Below are positions 1 through 9,717 of a stretch of 64,000 nucleotides of DNA, piece by piece; position 1 is the stretch's first letter, and the number at the start of each line of letters is the position of its first letter. The DNA is from Candidatus Shapirobacteria bacterium (GTDB lineage: Bacteria; Patescibacteriota; Microgenomatia; UBA12405). Under the pieces are notes generated by a model that had not been told where the DNA came from, did not search any database, and saw only the letters and a program-made list of their open reading frames with translations. The position numbers were made by a program, and so were the translations under genes. Location of the stretch: positions 3,318-67,317 of the forward strand of contig JBAZML010000002.1 of assembly GCA_041649835.1 (NCBI GenBank), read 5' to 3'.

Positions 1-376
1 GGAAAAGTACCCAGATAGAATCAATCAAATATGCTTTAGTAAAAGAGACATATTACCAGACAAGCCGGGTTTTGTAAAGCACACAGAATATTTTGACGGA
101 ATTCCTTTAACCACTTCCCAACATTGGATGATGGTTCCTTCAATATGGAGAATGTCTTTTGCTAAAAAAGGAATAGACGGAATCCTTAACTATAAAGTAC
201 ATGATTTCCATTGGGAACTGAACAAACTTCTGAAGGGTAGAAATGTGATTAACAATGCTGAGTGGGTACTTAGGAATACTAAAACTTTTTACTATGGAAA
301 AGTACGAGAAGGAAAATTAGTAGAGCATATAGGCAAAATTGACAAATCTGTACGAGAAAAAACTTACAAATGGTAG
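1..376 (+). CDS. hypothetical protein, 5'-truncated at window edge
   Basis: Frame of ORF 128..376 stays open back to base 2; no recognisable motifs. Confidence 0.3.
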   Translation, partial: EKYPDRINQICFSKRDILPDKPGFVKHTEYFDGIPLTTSQHWMMVPSIWRMSFAKKGIDGILNYKVHDFHWELNKLLKGRNVINNAEWVLRNTKTFYYGKVREGKLVEHIGKIDKSVREKTYKW

Positions 377-377
377 G

Positions 378-414
378 TTTACTTTGTTACTATAGTTTGT
401 TATAATAAACTAAA
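378..414 (+). promoter_or_regulatory. early/middle promoter cassette (degenerate copy): TGT-TATAAT extended -10 + AAACTAAA leader
   Basis: tgttataataaactaaa at 398-414 matches the cassette repeated at 38.2, 39.8, 40.1, 45.3, 47.8 kb; gtttac -35-like element ~17 nt upstream. Confidence 0.4.
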
Positions 415-471
415 TTAGGCCAGCCCCTTAATCCATTGGGAAGATAGTAGCAGCCAAAAAAGGAGAACCAA

Positions 472-699
472 ATGGGAAGAGGGTGTTTATGTTCAGAGGG
501 GCGTATTATTCTTACTACTGACGTTACTAGTGGTAGGTCAGACCGAGAATCTTCTTATCGAGCAGATAGGCAATCATTAGAAGATATCCCTAAACATTAT
601 TGCTTTACTGATAGTAAAATAGTGGATGAAGATATTCCTAAAGGTAAGTGTATTCGTAGGTGTAATGTTTGCGGGAAAATTTTTGATTCTGAAAAATAG
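472..699 (+). CDS. hypothetical small protein with C-terminal CxxC pair
   Basis: ORF with AAGGAG RBS at ~460; CIRRCNVCG motif. Confidence 0.3.
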   Translation: MGRGCLCSEGRIILTTDVTSGRSDRESSYRADRQSLEDIPKHYCFTDSKIVDEDIPKGKCIRRCNVCGKIFDSEK

Positions 700-753
700 A
701 GATTGCAAGAGAATAAAAGGGAATTATATACTTAACTCCCGAAAGGAAAGAAA

Positions 754-1293
754 ATGATCTGGTTCACAGCCGACTATCACTTATCTCATAAGAATATTAT
801 CACCTACTGCAATAGGCCTTTTTCCTCGATTAAGGAAATGGACAACTTAATACTAGACAATCTAAAGTCTAGTATTAAGCCCGGAGATGATATATATTTC
901 CTCGGAGATCTATCATTTAATCTAGAGGCTGCCAGAGAGTTTTTGTCTATAGTAAAGAAATGTAATCTGACTTTTATTAAAGGAAACCATGATAAAAGTC
1001 AAGTTTTACAAGAATTGAGAAACCACAAAATTCCGATATACGGGCTCAAGACTATAACCTTTAAAGATCAACCTATAGTTCTTTGCCACTATAGCCTTCG
1101 GGTCTGGGATCGAAGTCATTTTAATAGTTGGCAACTTTACGCACACAGTCACGGAACCTTGCCTCCGATAGGAAAAGCATATGATGTGGGAGTAGATAAT
1201 AACAACTTTGAGCCCGTTTCTATAGTAGATCTTTTTAAGATAATGGAAAATAGTCCTAATAATTTTAATTACATAGAGAGGGGGCGAATATGA
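754..1293 (+). CDS. calcineurin-like metallophosphoesterase
   Basis: N-terminal ADYHLSH, GDDIYFLGDLSF and GNHD motifs typical of metallophosphatase (MPP) fold. Confidence 0.7.
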   Translation: MIWFTADYHLSHKNIITYCNRPFSSIKEMDNLILDNLKSSIKPGDDIYFLGDLSFNLEAAREFLSIVKKCNLTFIKGNHDKSQVLQELRNHKIPIYGLKTITFKDQPIVLCHYSLRVWDRSHFNSWQLYAHSHGTLPPIGKAYDVGVDNNNFEPVSIVDLFKIMENSPNNFNYIERGRI

Positions 1294-1604
1294 GTTTATT
1301 TCTATTTTGCGCAGCTATGGTTGTATTCTTCGAGATGGGGTTTGTTACTTCATCTTTATTTGCAATGAACAGATTAGATGATAGAAAAACCGCCAAAATT
1401 TATTTAACTGAACTTTTCCTAACTGTGGCCCCTCAATGCACTCCCGGAGACAGTTTAGTAGATCTTGTTGCGCAAATAGACAACTATATAGCTGGGCAGA
1501 ATGATAAAATAAAAAAATTGAAAGAAGAATATATTGAATTGAAAGAAGAATATAATGAGCTCGAATCTTTTTTGGAAAGGCTGAAGGAAGAGGAGGAACT
1601 GTAA
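1290..1604 (+). CDS. hypothetical protein, N-terminal hydrophobic segment + C-terminal coiled coil
   Basis: Start overlaps preceding stop (ATGA); hydrophobic N-terminus, EEYxELKEEY heptad repeats. Confidence 0.35.
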   Translation: MSLFLFCAAMVVFFEMGFVTSSLFAMNRLDDRKTAKIYLTELFLTVAPQCTPGDSLVDLVAQIDNYIAGQNDKIKKLKEEYIELKEEYNELESFLERLKEEEEL

Positions 1605-1855
1605 TGCCGACGGGTCAATGCTGTAGAAAATTCCATGTGTGCTAAAGTTGTGGATTAAATAATGGTTGGGAATATGTATATTGTTGTGAAGAACATTGGA
1701 AACAAAGTAAAGAATATAAAAAGTGGAGAACAAAATTTAGAGCTCTGTACAAAACCATAAATTCTATACAACAAATGTTTCTTATGGAATTTTTAACTGA
1801 GATGGATTCTGATTATGAAAATGAACTTTATGATTGGGTATGGAGAGTTAACTAA

Positions 1856-2521
1856 ATGTTAAGATATATATTTAAATGTGCCGACAGTTATTGTACAGGA
1901 TTATCGCCCTTTTATTTAATGATTTACAGCATTGTAGTGGGCCTTGAAACAAAGTCCGCGTTTGAATTCGGGGCCGGGTGGAGCACGCGGGTAATTCTTG
2001 ATGCGTTAAAAGGAACTGGTGGACATTTATATTCTATAAGCACAGATTCTCAGAAAGACGTAATGATAAAAACCGAAATGATTTCTGGAAATCCAATAGG
2101 TCCTGGGGTACATGATGTAGAGCAATACTATAGTGAGTATTCAGAAAACTGGACTCATTGTCAGGGCAAATCTGAAACGTATCTTAAAAACCTAAGAACT
2201 CAGAATATAAAAGAACCTTTTGGCTTTGTATTGCATGATGGTTCACATACCGAAGAAGTGGTATATAATGATTTAGTTTTTATACTCCAAAAAATGAAAT
2301 ATAACTCTGTTTTACTTGTTCATGATGTTCTTCATTCTCATTGTGGTAAAGGAATGAGAAATGCTGTAGATAAAGCATTGAAGCCTTATGAGTATGAAAT
2401 TGCAACTTTACCATACGGTTTTGGTTTAAGTATCATAGTTCTTAAAGATAATAAGCATAATGGAATTGTGGAAATAAAAAGACATAAACCTACTAGCCAA
2501 TTTTTAACGGAGGTCTTATGA
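1856..2521 (+). CDS. class I SAM-dependent methyltransferase (Methyltransf_24/TylF-like sugar O-methyltransferase fold)
   Basis: Motif I FEFGAGWSTRVIL, acidic SISTD, LHDGSHTEEVV resembling the hiDGdHsyeav motif of the CmcI/TylF family. Confidence 0.6.
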   Translation: MLRYIFKCADSYCTGLSPFYLMIYSIVVGLETKSAFEFGAGWSTRVILDALKGTGGHLYSISTDSQKDVMIKTEMISGNPIGPGVHDVEQYYSEYSENWTHCQGKSETYLKNLRTQNIKEPFGFVLHDGSHTEEVVYNDLVFILQKMKYNSVLLVHDVLHSHCGKGMRNAVDKALKPYEYEIATLPYGFGLSIIVLKDNKHNGIVEIKRHKPTSQFLTEVL

Positions 2522-2682
2522 CCCTTGTATCTGTGTGGATAGCAATTTTCATATTATTGTTTTTTGTCAATAGGATACAAGCTGGGGATTATGATTTTAC
2601 TCCAGCCTTTCTGAGCGCGGTTCTTATGTTAGTGGGCATAGTATTTACTGCCAGTTGGCTAATCAGGGGGTGCGTGGGATAA
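2518..2682 (+). CDS. small membrane protein (54 aa)
   Basis: ATG overlaps MTase stop (ATGA); two hydrophobic helices; below the ORF-track length cutoff. Confidence 0.3.
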   Translation: MTLVSVWIAIFILLFFVNRIQAGDYDFTPAFLSAVLMLVGIVFTASWLIRGCVG

Positions 2683-2791
2683 TGGATAGAAAATTTACTA
2701 AAGAAGAAATAGACAATTTTAAAAAATTCCAAGAACAGATGATTAAAGAGGGACTCATAGTTAGAAAAGAGATAAATAAAGAGGTTGCCAC

Positions 2792-3010
2792 ATGCAAATA
2801 GATGGCAAAGTAGAACAAATTAAAAGGTATAAAATTGTAGGGCCACATTGTTGTGATGAAATGGGTTATCTTTTAAGATCCTCGTCCTTTAATTCTAAAT
2901 CTGGTGCTATAATGGTCGGAGCTGATTTCTCTGTTGGTATAAAATATCTGGAAATAAGATTTTGCCCTTTTTGTGGAGAAAAAATAACATATAGTGAGAC
3001 ATATCAATGA
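2792..3010 (+). CDS. small zinc-ribbon protein
   Basis: CCDE...CPFCGE Cys pairs; stop overlaps next start. Confidence 0.3.
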   Translation: MQIDGKVEQIKRYKIVGPHCCDEMGYLLRSSSFNSKSGAIMVGADFSVGIKYLEIRFCPFCGEKITYSETYQ

Positions 3011-3954
3011 GGCAGTATAGAATCGCGGTTCTAGGTAAATGGGAAACATACATCTCATATTTTTTGATGGGTAGTCTTCAGGGGGCGTTCCTTAATGGTG
3101 GACTCGGAATTCCTATATCTATAGAAAAGAATTCACCCAATGAAATTTGGAATCAATTAAATTTCTTTAAACCTCATGCGGTCCTCGCTCATACGATTTT
3201 TGACAGACGACCAAATATTGGAGAGCTATTCGAAGTCTTCAGGAAATATAGAAGACATGGTGGTAAGGTTTTCTATCATGCAGGAGACGCTAGAACTGAA
3301 CCCAGATATCCTAAAGCCATTAATGATATAGTAGATTATGTTCTATTGAATCATTGGCCTATGATACCTGCCTACAATGTCTGGAAGATCCCCACAATCC
3401 ACTGGCCGTATGCAGCGTTGGCCCAGGAAGAAATTGCAAAACCTTCAGCTCTATATGTTTGCGACCTAGGATTTGCTGGAAGTTTGGAAAATAATCAGCA
3501 TCACGCACCTAGGGCCAAGTTTATTCAAGCACTCAAGTCTAAAGTTTCTATTAAAATCTTTCCTACTCCAGAAACCGGTAATACAAGATTTCAAACTCCA
3601 GAATTTGCGGCTTCAGCTAAAGGCTGTCTTGGTTTTCAAATGGGGTTGAATATGCCCCTCTATCAGGATGTTCGGCCTTTTCAACTCTGTGGGGCGGGAG
3701 CCTTATATTTTCATGATAAACACCCTTCTATGGACAAATTTTTTAAAGATGGAATTCATTATGTCGGCTTTGAAAGAGATAATGTAGAAGATTTCTATAA
3801 TAAATGGACATATTATCTTAATAACCCTGAAGAGGCTAATAAAATCAGGAAAGAAGCTTTTAGGTACTGTCAGGAACATCATAGTTACAAAGAAAGAATG
3901 CGAGGAATAATAAATATACTTGAGGGTAAAGAGTATAAGCTTCACTACATTTAG
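3007..3954 (+). CDS. glycosyltransferase, CgeB-like (Glyco_trans_1_2 / DUF3880 C-terminal domain)
   Basis: C-terminal ...EEANKIRKEAFRYCQEHHSYKERM matches the CgeB-family signature (rraia..aRervlaeHTyehR); paralog of 4982..6007. Confidence 0.65.
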   Translation: MRQYRIAVLGKWETYISYFLMGSLQGAFLNGGLGIPISIEKNSPNEIWNQLNFFKPHAVLAHTIFDRRPNIGELFEVFRKYRRHGGKVFYHAGDARTEPRYPKAINDIVDYVLLNHWPMIPAYNVWKIPTIHWPYAALAQEEIAKPSALYVCDLGFAGSLENNQHHAPRAKFIQALKSKVSIKIFPTPETGNTRFQTPEFAASAKGCLGFQMGLNMPLYQDVRPFQLCGAGALYFHDKHPSMDKFFKDGIHYVGFERDNVEDFYNKWTYYLNNPEEANKIRKEAFRYCQEHHSYKERMRGIINILEGKEYKLHYI

Positions 3955-4049
3955 GTAGAACTTCGGAGACCTTTGGCTCCGACTACACACTATGCCGACT
4001 TTAAACACTTAAGACCTTACTTTTAGTCGGAAGTAAGAAAGGAAATGTT

Positions 4050-4910
4050 ATGGTTTACAGCAAAAAAATGATAGTCGTGTTAAAAGTAGATGGTCACATT
4101 TTACGGGAATTTAACCACGAGAATCTTTCAGAATTTGAGTCTGAATGTTCTTTGCTCTTACCATTTGGTACAGAGTATTCGTTAATGTTCAAAAATCTGG
4201 AATCTAGAGCGGCAAAGTTAAGAGTCTGGATTGATGGAGAAGATGCACTTGGCGGCAACGCTATTTTGGTACATCCAAACAGATCTGTTGATTTAGACGG
4301 GTTTATGAATAGTTTCGGTAAAGTTACTAACCGATTCAAATTTATTCAGAAAACTGAACAAATTGTAGAACATCGCGGCGATAGAATAGATGATGGAATG
4401 ATAAAAGTAGAATGGACCTTTGAGAAACCTAAACCTATTCAAGTTGATGTTTTTCAAAAAAACTACTATGACTGGACTTGGGTAGAACCTATCAAGTACT
4501 ATCCATATTGTCCTCCGTATTCTCCTACTGTTACGTATGGAAATAGTTCAAATTTGCAAAGTAGAAATATTGGAGAAGCTTCTAATATTTCTTACAGAGC
4601 AGTAGCCGGCGCATCAATAACAAACTGTTGTTCTAATGATGTACCAGTAGCCTCTTGCGGCCCACTACCAGATGAAGGAATAACCGTTAAGGGTTCTGAG
4701 GCAAATCAATCTTTTGTTAACGGATACATTGGAGAACTTGAACCCAATTCCCATGTAATTATCATAAGATTAAAAGGAACATTTAAGACTTCACAAGTAA
4801 AAGTTCCTATAGAAGTAAAAACAAAAATACAATGTACTACCTGTGGTAATAGCGTAAAGTCTGGAAATAAATTTTGTCCAAACTGTGGGACATGTTGCGT
4901 AGAAATTTAG
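4050..4910 (+). CDS. hypothetical protein with C-terminal zinc ribbon
   Basis: CTTCGN...CPNCGTCC at C-terminus; sits between the two GT paralogs. Confidence 0.4.
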   Translation: MVYSKKMIVVLKVDGHILREFNHENLSEFESECSLLLPFGTEYSLMFKNLESRAAKLRVWIDGEDALGGNAILVHPNRSVDLDGFMNSFGKVTNRFKFIQKTEQIVEHRGDRIDDGMIKVEWTFEKPKPIQVDVFQKNYYDWTWVEPIKYYPYCPPYSPTVTYGNSSNLQSRNIGEASNISYRAVAGASITNCCSNDVPVASCGPLPDEGITVKGSEANQSFVNGYIGELEPNSHVIIIRLKGTFKTSQVKVPIEVKTKIQCTTCGNSVKSGNKFCPNCGTCCVEI

Positions 4911-4932
4911 AAGTTTAGGATCTTAAACAACT

Positions 4933-4970
4933 AGAGGAGGGTAGAAGATTTTGCCCTCCTCTTTAATAAG
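4933..4970 (+). terminator. rho-independent terminator-like hairpin
   Basis: agaggaggg/ccctcctct 9-bp stem, 12-nt loop, followed by tttaataa. Confidence 0.5.
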
Positions 4971-4981
4971 GAAATTTAACT

Positions 4982-6007
4982 TTGCCAAAACAATTAAGGA
5001 TTATTACATTAGGCGACTTTAAACAATACTATTCTTGGTATCTTGCTGGAACTATACAAGGATCCATTCTTAATGGTCATCTTCATTACTCAGTTCCGAT
5101 AAGACAAAAGCCTGTAGTTATAGAAGAACAAATCAATTTCTTCAAACCTCATGTACTATTCTGTCATATGATCTTTAGTGAACACCTAGTAGATGCTGAA
5201 GGCAAAACATATGAAAGAGAATCATTACATGAGGTGTTGTCTAGGGCTAGAAGAAAGTGGGGTACAAAGATCGTATATCAAGAAGGAGATGCAAAAAACA
5301 GTCCTAGATATTCATATCCTATAACCGATCTTATTGATTTAGGCCTAATAAACAGCCAACTTAACGAAAAATACTCTGAATTAATGAAAACAAAATTTAT
5401 TCACTTTCCTTATTTTGCTTTATATCAAAATGAAATAGAAACGCCTGATAATATATTTAGAACCCAAATGAGCTTCGCTGGAAATACTTCACCTAGAAAA
5501 GATGGGCATTTACACTCCGGAAGATATGAATTTATAGAAAAACTTAAACATAAATTAGAAATGAAAATTTACCCAGATAAAAATATTGGTAATTCTAAAT
5601 TTTGTACAGCTCAATTAGCAGCAAGTTCTAGTTCTGTTTTAGGAATTCATCAAGGATTTAAAATTCCTGGATATTTAGACACTAGACCGTGGATGTATTG
5701 CGGGGCAGGTGGCCTTTATTTTCATGATGAGGCACCAGCAATGGATCTATTTTTTGAAGATAAAGTTCATTATATTAAGTATAATAGGTTTGATGTTGGG
5801 GACGTCTACAATAAATATATGCACTACATGAGTGAGAACAGAGAGGCTGGAGACCAAATAAGAAAAGAGGCTTTTAGATATTGTCAAGCATATCATACAT
5901 CTAAACATAGAATCAAAGCAGTTTTGGATGTTTTAGAGAACGGTGGAGATAGAATTCCTGGACTATATTTAAAAAATATAAAGGAGCTAGGTTATGTCCC
6001 AGAATAA
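4982..6007 (+). CDS. glycosyltransferase, CgeB-like (paralog of 3007..3954)
   Basis: Aligns along its full length with ORF 3007 (FFKPH..., PRYxYP, CGAGxLYFHD, IRKEAFRYCQxxHTxKxR); apparent TTG start. Confidence 0.65.
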   Translation: MPKQLRIITLGDFKQYYSWYLAGTIQGSILNGHLHYSVPIRQKPVVIEEQINFFKPHVLFCHMIFSEHLVDAEGKTYERESLHEVLSRARRKWGTKIVYQEGDAKNSPRYSYPITDLIDLGLINSQLNEKYSELMKTKFIHFPYFALYQNEIETPDNIFRTQMSFAGNTSPRKDGHLHSGRYEFIEKLKHKLEMKIYPDKNIGNSKFCTAQLAASSSSVLGIHQGFKIPGYLDTRPWMYCGAGGLYFHDEAPAMDLFFEDKVHYIKYNRFDVGDVYNKYMHYMSENREAGDQIRKEAFRYCQAYHTSKHRIKAVLDVLENGGDRIPGLYLKNIKELGYVPE

Positions 6008-6143
6008 AGAGATTTGCAAAAATTGTAACTGGTTTAAAAATGGTCGGTGTCATAAGAATCCTAAGATTGAGGGGAAATCTCCTGATGATTTTTGTTCTTA
6101 TTGGGAACCTAAGGTGTTAAACGAAAAATTATGGTATTATTAG
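5994..6143 (+). CDS. small Cys-rich protein (49 aa)
   Basis: AAGGAG RBS, ATG at 5994; CKNCNWFKNGRCH...CSYW; overlaps end of GT gene in another frame. Confidence 0.3.
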   Translation: MSQNKEICKNCNWFKNGRCHKNPKIEGKSPDDFCSYWEPKVLNEKLWYY

Positions 6144-6225
6144 AAAATTGGATACTTAGCTATACTAATGATATTGTGGTCATTTTCTATTATATTTCAA
6201 AATCTGTGTTTTAAATAGTGTTGTT

Positions 6226-6864
6226 ATGAAAGTAAAGTTGTTTGATGAATTAATTATTCATGATAATTATGTGAGAATAGACGGAAAGCCGCTTGAGTCT
6301 ATTCTTGGTAAACACTGCGTATGGGTAGCCGCCCTCGAACTAAAAATTATACTTTCGTTTCAGGGCTATATTGAAAGTACTGCATGGCAGCGCGGAAGAA
6401 AAGCTAAAGAAATTAGAGAGCTGAATCTAAATGCTGATACTCCAGGGTTTACGATGGAGAGTCTATATAGTATAGCAAATGAAACCAGAATCCTACAGAT
6501 TTTAGCCGAAAAAAATATGTCTCCGTCTTCTAGGGGATATGCCTATTTCAAAACCGCTATGTCCACTATTTTTACAAAAGAATTATATACAGATAAGAAG
6601 GGTATGTTTGGGTATTATATACAAGATGCAAATAAACTAAGTCGAGGACAATATAACTTTGAGAAATTTAAAGAAGGGTTTTTAGATACTGGAAGAATTA
6701 AAGCAAATTCTGGGGCTATAGGCGATCTAGGAAAAAAAGCCGGGAATCTTGTTAATGGGTACTTAGTTGACGTAAGACGCACACGTGAGTATATGATGCA
6801 ATTTAATGGTCAATTAGATATTGATCCGCTATTAAGAACTTTAAACGTATTTAATAGGACGTAA
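6226..6864 (+). CDS. hypothetical protein
   Basis: 212-aa ORF, no recognised motif. Confidence 0.35.
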   Translation: MKVKLFDELIIHDNYVRIDGKPLESILGKHCVWVAALELKIILSFQGYIESTAWQRGRKAKEIRELNLNADTPGFTMESLYSIANETRILQILAEKNMSPSSRGYAYFKTAMSTIFTKELYTDKKGMFGYYIQDANKLSRGQYNFEKFKEGFLDTGRIKANSGAIGDLGKKAGNLVNGYLVDVRRTREYMMQFNGQLDIDPLLRTLNVFNRT

Positions 6865-6867
6865 TAT

Positions 6868-7212
6868 ATGAAGTTACTAACCAATAAGTTGATTTTTGGG
6901 CTTTTACAAAATTTCTGTAGATGGAAAAAATGGAATATAAAAAATTTTCCATCACACGATGATTGGAACGTAAAGTCATTTAAATGTAATTTATTAGGAT
7001 TTATTTTGGGTAGTCAAAAATGTCCTAATTGTAATAAAATTGATACACTTTATTCATATGAAAATTACGATTCTTTAACTATATTTTGTAGTGAATGCAA
7101 AACCGAGTATTACAGTATTACAAATGTGCTCCATTTTGGGGATTTTGGTATACACTCGGCGGCTATTATAAATCTTCCTGATATAGGAATTATTAAATCG
7201 AGGAATATATGA
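6868..7212 (+). CDS. hypothetical Cys-rich protein
   Basis: CPNCNK...CSECK zinc-ribbon-like pairs; stop overlaps next start. Confidence 0.3.
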   Translation: MKLLTNKLIFGLLQNFCRWKKWNIKNFPSHDDWNVKSFKCNLLGFILGSQKCPNCNKIDTLYSYENYDSLTIFCSECKTEYYSITNVLHFGDFGIHSAAIINLPDIGIIKSRNI

Positions 7213-7859
7213 CAAAAGATGAATTAAAACAACAAATTAATGTTTTAACTCAGTTCCCCCACAAAGAACGATCACAGCCGTACCAGAGCTATTACCTTAA
7301 AGACGAGGGTTACATAAAAGGCACTAGAGATACTTTATATCGTTTTGACATAATGAAGATCGAAAAAGATTTATCTGGAAAGTCTGTTTTAGATCTTGGT
7401 TGTCAACTCGGTACCATGGGCGTGGAAGCTTATAGAAGAGGGGCCGGCCCTGTTCTCGGAATTGAGTACGAAAAGGACTATGTAAGTTGTGCTAAAGCCT
7501 TAGCAAAATATAATGAATTTGATATTACTTTTATACAAGGCGATTTAACCAAAGGAGATGAAGTTCCTAAATTAGTGAATAAATTTTTTAATAATAAGCC
7601 GGTTGATGTGGTTCTAGCTTTGGCACTATATAAGCATGTAAAAGAGCATATGTTTAAAGTATTATCAAAAATAAAATTTAAAACCCTATATATTGAGTCT
7701 CATAATACTGGGACTGCCGGCCTAGAAACTCAACATGTTAAGGAAATGCTTTTATTTATGAAAAAGTATGACTATTCTCCTGTGTTTATCGACTTCGTCG
7801 CTGACAGAAGTCTGCGCGCTATTTGGAGAATTGATTGTCATGACAATGAGGTTCTATAA
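7209..7859 (+). CDS. class I SAM-dependent methyltransferase
   Basis: Motif I VLDLGCQLGTMG, motif II GIEYE, FIQGDL. Confidence 0.6.
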   Translation: MTKDELKQQINVLTQFPHKERSQPYQSYYLKDEGYIKGTRDTLYRFDIMKIEKDLSGKSVLDLGCQLGTMGVEAYRRGAGPVLGIEYEKDYVSCAKALAKYNEFDITFIQGDLTKGDEVPKLVNKFFNNKPVDVVLALALYKHVKEHMFKVLSKIKFKTLYIESHNTGTAGLETQHVKEMLLFMKKYDYSPVFIDFVADRSLRAIWRIDCHDNEVL

Positions 7860-8042
7860 AGCTGGAATAGGGGTTTTGATATTCTTTTACCATACAACTC
7901 ATTTAGAAATCTGTTTTATGTTCAGAAACATAAGATTTTGTCAAGACTATCCTATAGACTACGCTGGGTACTATAATTTTGTTACAGGTTAAAGTTTACA
8001 TTTTTGCACAATATGATTAAATAGTATTAAAGGAGATTGGTA

Positions 8043-8492
8043 ATGTTTGAAGATTTAGTTGATGAAAGTAAATTTAAGCACCTAGAAGAAGATTGTGGCA
8101 GTTGTACTGGGGAAGAATGTGCTGTTGGAGCGTGTGCAGCTTGTTCTGGTTCTTGTCAACCTGAAGTATTAGAAGATGAATTGCCCATGTCATTTTTACA
8201 ATCTCCAGACCTTAAACAACTGACACATCTTACTCTAGAAGATCAAATGTATCTAAAGTATCATGTTGGGTATAATATTCAAAAGTTTTATATGCCTGCA
8301 TTCGCATATGATTGCTTGGAGAAAATTACAGAATATCCATTTAATGGTTCTTATGGTATTTACAAATTTTGTAAAGGTGGCCCAAAATCCGTAGAAATTA
8401 TAGAAAAAGGTAATTTAAGAACTATTTTAATTAAAAGACAAAATAATGCTGGAAAACCTATAGAGTATATTGAATTAGTAGAATTATATTAG
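8043..8492 (+). CDS. hypothetical protein with Cys-rich N-terminus
   Basis: AAGGAG RBS then ATG 8043; CGSCTGEECAVGACAACSGSC cluster. Confidence 0.35.
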   Translation: MFEDLVDESKFKHLEEDCGSCTGEECAVGACAACSGSCQPEVLEDELPMSFLQSPDLKQLTHLTLEDQMYLKYHVGYNIQKFYMPAFAYDCLEKITEYPFNGSYGIYKFCKGGPKSVEIIEKGNLRTILIKRQNNAGKPIEYIELVELY

Positions 8493-8497
8493 GAACC

Positions 8498-8779
8498 ATG
8501 GAAATTTACCTATCTACGCAACTCAGTAACTTTACTATAATTTGTCATTTTAAAGTAGACGATTACTCTAAAATGGTAAAACGTCTTTTGTCAATAGTTC
8601 CATCAAACTTTCTTTTAGGAAAAGACCAATATTTTACTATCGAAGACTATTTTAAGTTGATTCCAGAATCAACACTAGGGCCATTTTTCTTTGATGGAAG
8701 AATGATATATGGAGGCTCTACTTATTATTTAGATTACGACTTAGAAGATGATGAGGTTTATCCGTTAAAAAGGAAATAG
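8498..8779 (+). CDS. hypothetical protein
   Basis: 93-aa ORF. Confidence 0.3.
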   Translation: MEIYLSTQLSNFTIICHFKVDDYSKMVKRLLSIVPSNFLLGKDQYFTIEDYFKLIPESTLGPFFFDGRMIYGGSTYYLDYDLEDDEVYPLKRK

Positions 8780-8785
8780 AAGGAT

Positions 8786-9577
8786 TTGTCTAAAAGAATT
8801 TTAATAACCGGCGGAAGTGGGTATATAGGAACAAATCTTACAACATTTTTAGAAGGTAAAGGCTTTGTTGTAGGTAATGTAGATAAGAAACTCGGAATAT
8901 ATGCAGAACATTTAAGACTTCCTAAAAAACATGATTTATTTGCTATAATTCATTTAGCTGCTCTCGCTGGGGTGGTAGAATGCGACCAGAATCCAGCACA
9001 GGCGGTTAAGGATAATATCATAGCTTCTATGAATATATTTTCTTTGGCTGCAGAACATAATATTCCGGTAATTGTAGCCTCCTCTCAGGCGGTTCAAAAG
9101 CCTATGTCTTCAGTGTACGCTTTCACAAAATACACAATGGAGCAGTACACCAAACACTATTTTGAAGCTAACATAAAACTATTAAGATTCGCTAATGTGT
9201 ATGGTGGTCAGAATTACCTGGAGACTAAAAATTCGGTTATAGCCTGCTTTGTCCAGAGGGCGCTAAAAAATGAACCGTTAGTAATAGACGGTACTGGTTC
9301 ACACTCGCGGGACTTTATCCACGTAGATGATATATCTAACGCAATTTTTCTGGCGATGTTTTGTAGACAATCCTGCGATTCTCCGGTGGACATAGGAACT
9401 GGTAAATTGACCACTATGAAAGAGCTTGCAGACATGATTTCCGATAACCAGACATATGACCCAGGAAATCCTAGAGCTATAAGTACCTCCCCAATAAATC
9501 CCAGCCCCGCAAAAGACTTTTTCGGATTCGAAGCAAAAATATCAGTTAAAGATTATATAAGTAGTTTAAAATTTTAG
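8786..9577 (+). CDS. NAD-dependent epimerase/dehydratase (short-chain dehydrogenase/reductase fold)
   Basis: N-terminal Rossmann ILITGGSGYIGTNL; YAFTK (YxxxK) catalytic motif. Confidence 0.65.
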   Translation: MSKRILITGGSGYIGTNLTTFLEGKGFVVGNVDKKLGIYAEHLRLPKKHDLFAIIHLAALAGVVECDQNPAQAVKDNIIASMNIFSLAAEHNIPVIVASSQAVQKPMSSVYAFTKYTMEQYTKHYFEANIKLLRFANVYGGQNYLETKNSVIACFVQRALKNEPLVIDGTGSHSRDFIHVDDISNAIFLAMFCRQSCDSPVDIGTGKLTTMKELADMISDNQTYDPGNPRAISTSPINPSPAKDFFGFEAKISVKDYISSLKF

Positions 9578-9605
9578 CTTATCTGCCATGAGTAGAAAAA
9601 GTAAT

Positions 9606-9636
9606 GAGGGGGCCACTAAGGCCCCCTCAGCTTTTG
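9606..9636. terminator. bidirectional rho-independent terminator between convergent genes
   Basis: gagggggcc-actaa-ggccccctc perfect 9-bp GC stem followed by cttttgg. Confidence 0.65.
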
Positions 9637-9717
9637 GATTAGTCTTTTCTGTAGATTTCAATATCATCAGAAATTTTCTTTAATATGAGGTAAAGAAAAG
9701 CTTCGGTTTTCTTATTT

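Noticed and set aside
1455-1733. Minus-strand ORFs inside plus-strand genes (1455..1733, 2663..2848, 2873..3058, 3703..4008, 4094..4339, 9214..9435, 12081..12350, 14670..14921, 41594..41794, 42329..42532, 45422..45694, 46620..46856, 48984..49223, 49765..49989, 51373..51678, 52005..52193)
   Set aside because: They are antisense to well-supported genes (including PrkA, ligase, DHH), lack RBSs, and have Phe/Leu/Ile-rich low-complexity translations typical of AT-rich antisense frames.
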